Part shown: positions 61,838-64,000 of the stretch, one piece after another
Layout: each line of letters begins with the position of its first letter
Position numbering within the stretch: position 1 is the stretch's first letter
DNA from: Nageia nagi
Taxonomy: Eukaryota > Plantae > Pinophyta
Direction of reading: 5' to 3'
Length of the DNA stretch: 64,000 bases
Assembly (NCBI GenBank): GCA_050084985.1
Contig: JBITNC010000001.1
Span: 87,296,001 to 87,360,000, forward strand
Translations under genes and position numbers: made by a program
Notes under the pieces: model-generated
What the model saw: only the letters and a program-made list of their open reading frames with translations
Told to the model about the DNA's origin: nothing
The model's database searches: none

Positions 61838-63754
61838 TTTGCCAAGATCTATGTATTCAAAGCTGCACCAACATTATGGTTATACTATGTTACTTACAGT
61901 TGGCTTCCAGTCTACTCCCGCTAAAAAATACTTTTGTAATACTAGCAATTAGCCTGAATGATCTGTGCCTAATGTACCTGATATATGTTTTGGCATAAAC
62001 ATTTCCATTGTTTTGTTCTTTAAATAAATGGAAAGATGCACTGAAATATTGTTTTTCAAAAGAGGGAAAACAATATAATAACAACTGTTGATCTTTAAGG
62101 GGCATTACGTAAGACTATAAGATAAAACTCTGTATATTTATTTATTTTAGTTTGCCATTGTATGTGCCCATGGATGAAATTTTTATGCAAACACACGTAA
62201 AGATTAATGGGCATACTCAAAGAGGAAAAAATAGTCCTCAATAACTATAAATCATAGTAAAGATCATGATATTAGTAGCAGAAAAAGTAGCCTTAATTCA
62301 ATTTGTGATATTTGTTGCTCGACATTTACACAATGATTTAGTTTGCTATATAATTTTTTGTCAGATAGCAAGCCACATACAAACCTAACAATGAAATGTA
62401 AAATATGACTATTGTGTAAATAAAGCCAAAATAGTCAATTCTTTTGATAAATTTGAAACAACACTAATTCTAATTTTATGTGCACCATGCTATTGGTTTT
62501 CATAGCACTATATATGCCGATGATTTGGGAAATGTAAAATGACCTTAAGAAGCATCGGTGATTACGTAGAATCTCCCTTTCCGGAAGATAACCTTATGAA
62601 TAGTACTGAAGCACTAGTTGAGGCAAAGTTCATGGGATTACATGATTTGACTTGGAGTTTGAGGCTAAAAGGTTGACATTGAGAGGAATGTTGGTTATCA
62701 TGTCTACCTTCCTTGATTTCCCAATAATCTAATGAGGGGGATGTTAATGTGAATTTTAAAAATGTGTGAAAAAAATTAATTCTAAAATCTTTCACTTTAC
62801 AAGCTTACACTCCAAATAAGAGAGTTTAATTATGTTTTTGGATTTTAACAAAGGAAAACTTGCAAGATTGAAACATGAAGAATTAGTACGAGTGTTAGGG
62901 GGCCTGCCTTTACACCCTAGGATACGTCAAACCCCTATTCAATTAAGATATAAGACAAAAATTGCATAAAAGATTAAAATGAAATGATAATTACTGTAGA
63001 TGGTAACTATATGTGATTATTTTATGTTTTCTAGATTGTGTGGATACACACTTGAAGGTTTAAATGTTGTTGTTTGCTTACCTACAAAACTGTTTGGATT
63101 GTTAAGCTTTTTGAACACTAAAATGATTCCAAATTTGATCTTGGATAGTTGTGAATTTGAGCTTGATCTTGGATGATGAAGAAAACTTGCAAAAAGAATA
63201 ATAAAATATTTTTTTCAAGATGTAGCCACTTGAAAGTAATCCCATGGTGTTTTTGAAGTCTTTTCTCCATTGATTACACCAAATTAGATTTCAGTCAAGG
63301 GGCTTGGTATGGAGAGTTAGCAAGGGTAAGTGGAAGATGTCATAAGAATTTTTTTTTTTTTTTGTAATTTTTGTTTTTAAATTTTCTATATGTTGAAGTG
63401 AGAATCATGATGAATTGATGAAAATGGTTAAGTGGTGATTGATAGTCAAAGTGAATTAAGATGTGTGATGTGGTAATTAGAGATTGATGAAGCATTTGTT
63501 AAGGGATAGTTAAATGGCAATAAGGGTGACTTGACTAGAATGATTATGTAGTGAATTGTAGTTGAAGTAGTAATGAGGGTGACTAAGATAATTAGGGAAT
63601 AACAATGGTAATTATGGTGGGTTAGAGATTAATCATGGTGTATTAACTCTTGTTAGGGGAATTGGGAGACAAGTGAGGTGTGAAGACATCCACATTGGAT
63701 GTTTCATGTTTAACTCCCACTTCTTACAAACTCTTAATAGGTCCTACAAACCAA

Positions 63755-64000
63755 TAGGTTTAAAGGATGTTAAATGTTGATTTTACCTTTTATTTATATA
63801 GATCAATGAGAAAAATATTTCGAATAAGTTGGGTGCATAGGCACGAACCTTTGTAACCTCGTTATTTCTCTTCTACTTTATGCAGATGATATTGCCTTGT
63901 TAGCTAGACATTATGATGATCTTGTGAAATAATTAAATGTCCTTCAAACATTTTAAATTATATTTGATTTAACAATTAATGTAGATAAAATGAAAATTAT
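63755..64000 (+). mobile_element. Non-LTR retrotransposon reverse transcriptase fragment
   Basis: Reads VISLLLYADDIALLA...DL...LNVL...LTINVDKMKI, with YADD at 63879-63890 and in-frame stops. Confidence 0.8.

Larger units (their letters stand above)
60615..62391. repeat. Perfect 34-bp inverted repeat pair (60615-60648 and 62358-62391)
   Basis: TTGTTAGGTTTGTATGTGGCTTGCTATCTGACAA and its exact reverse complement. Confidence 0.9.

Overview
AT-rich eukaryotic nuclear DNA from a plant, most likely a gymnosperm. That assignment is an inference from a TatII-type protease-aRH-RT retrotransposon, a 10-kb intron and heavily deaminated repeats. Two host genes can be reconstructed by hand, both on the + strand. 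The first is a compact 6-exon laccase (19877-22090) of the lignification-associated LAC2/LAC17-like type. It keeps all copper ligands but carries three separate 1-nt deletions in exon 5 and a disrupted miR397 site. The second is an intact 7-exon METTL6/Trm140-family tRNA m3C methyltransferase (46670-61837, 358 aa). The rest is mostly decayed, nested transposable elements: Ty1/copia copies, a TatII Ty3/gypsy element, non-autonomous Ogre/Tat-like elements, two solo LTRs with target-site duplications (TSDs), LINE fragments (one with a 17-bp TSD) and a possible SINE. There are also relics of PLS-class PPR genes, including an 8-copy, 111-bp in-frame tandem array. I found no CRISPR, rRNA or tRNA genes and no clearly new biological system. 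The best leads are the chimeric PPR array, the frameshifted laccase that escapes miR397, a CpG-rich AC-element island upstream of it, and a young solo LTR with a TGACGTCA array. Coordinates of decayed elements are approximate.
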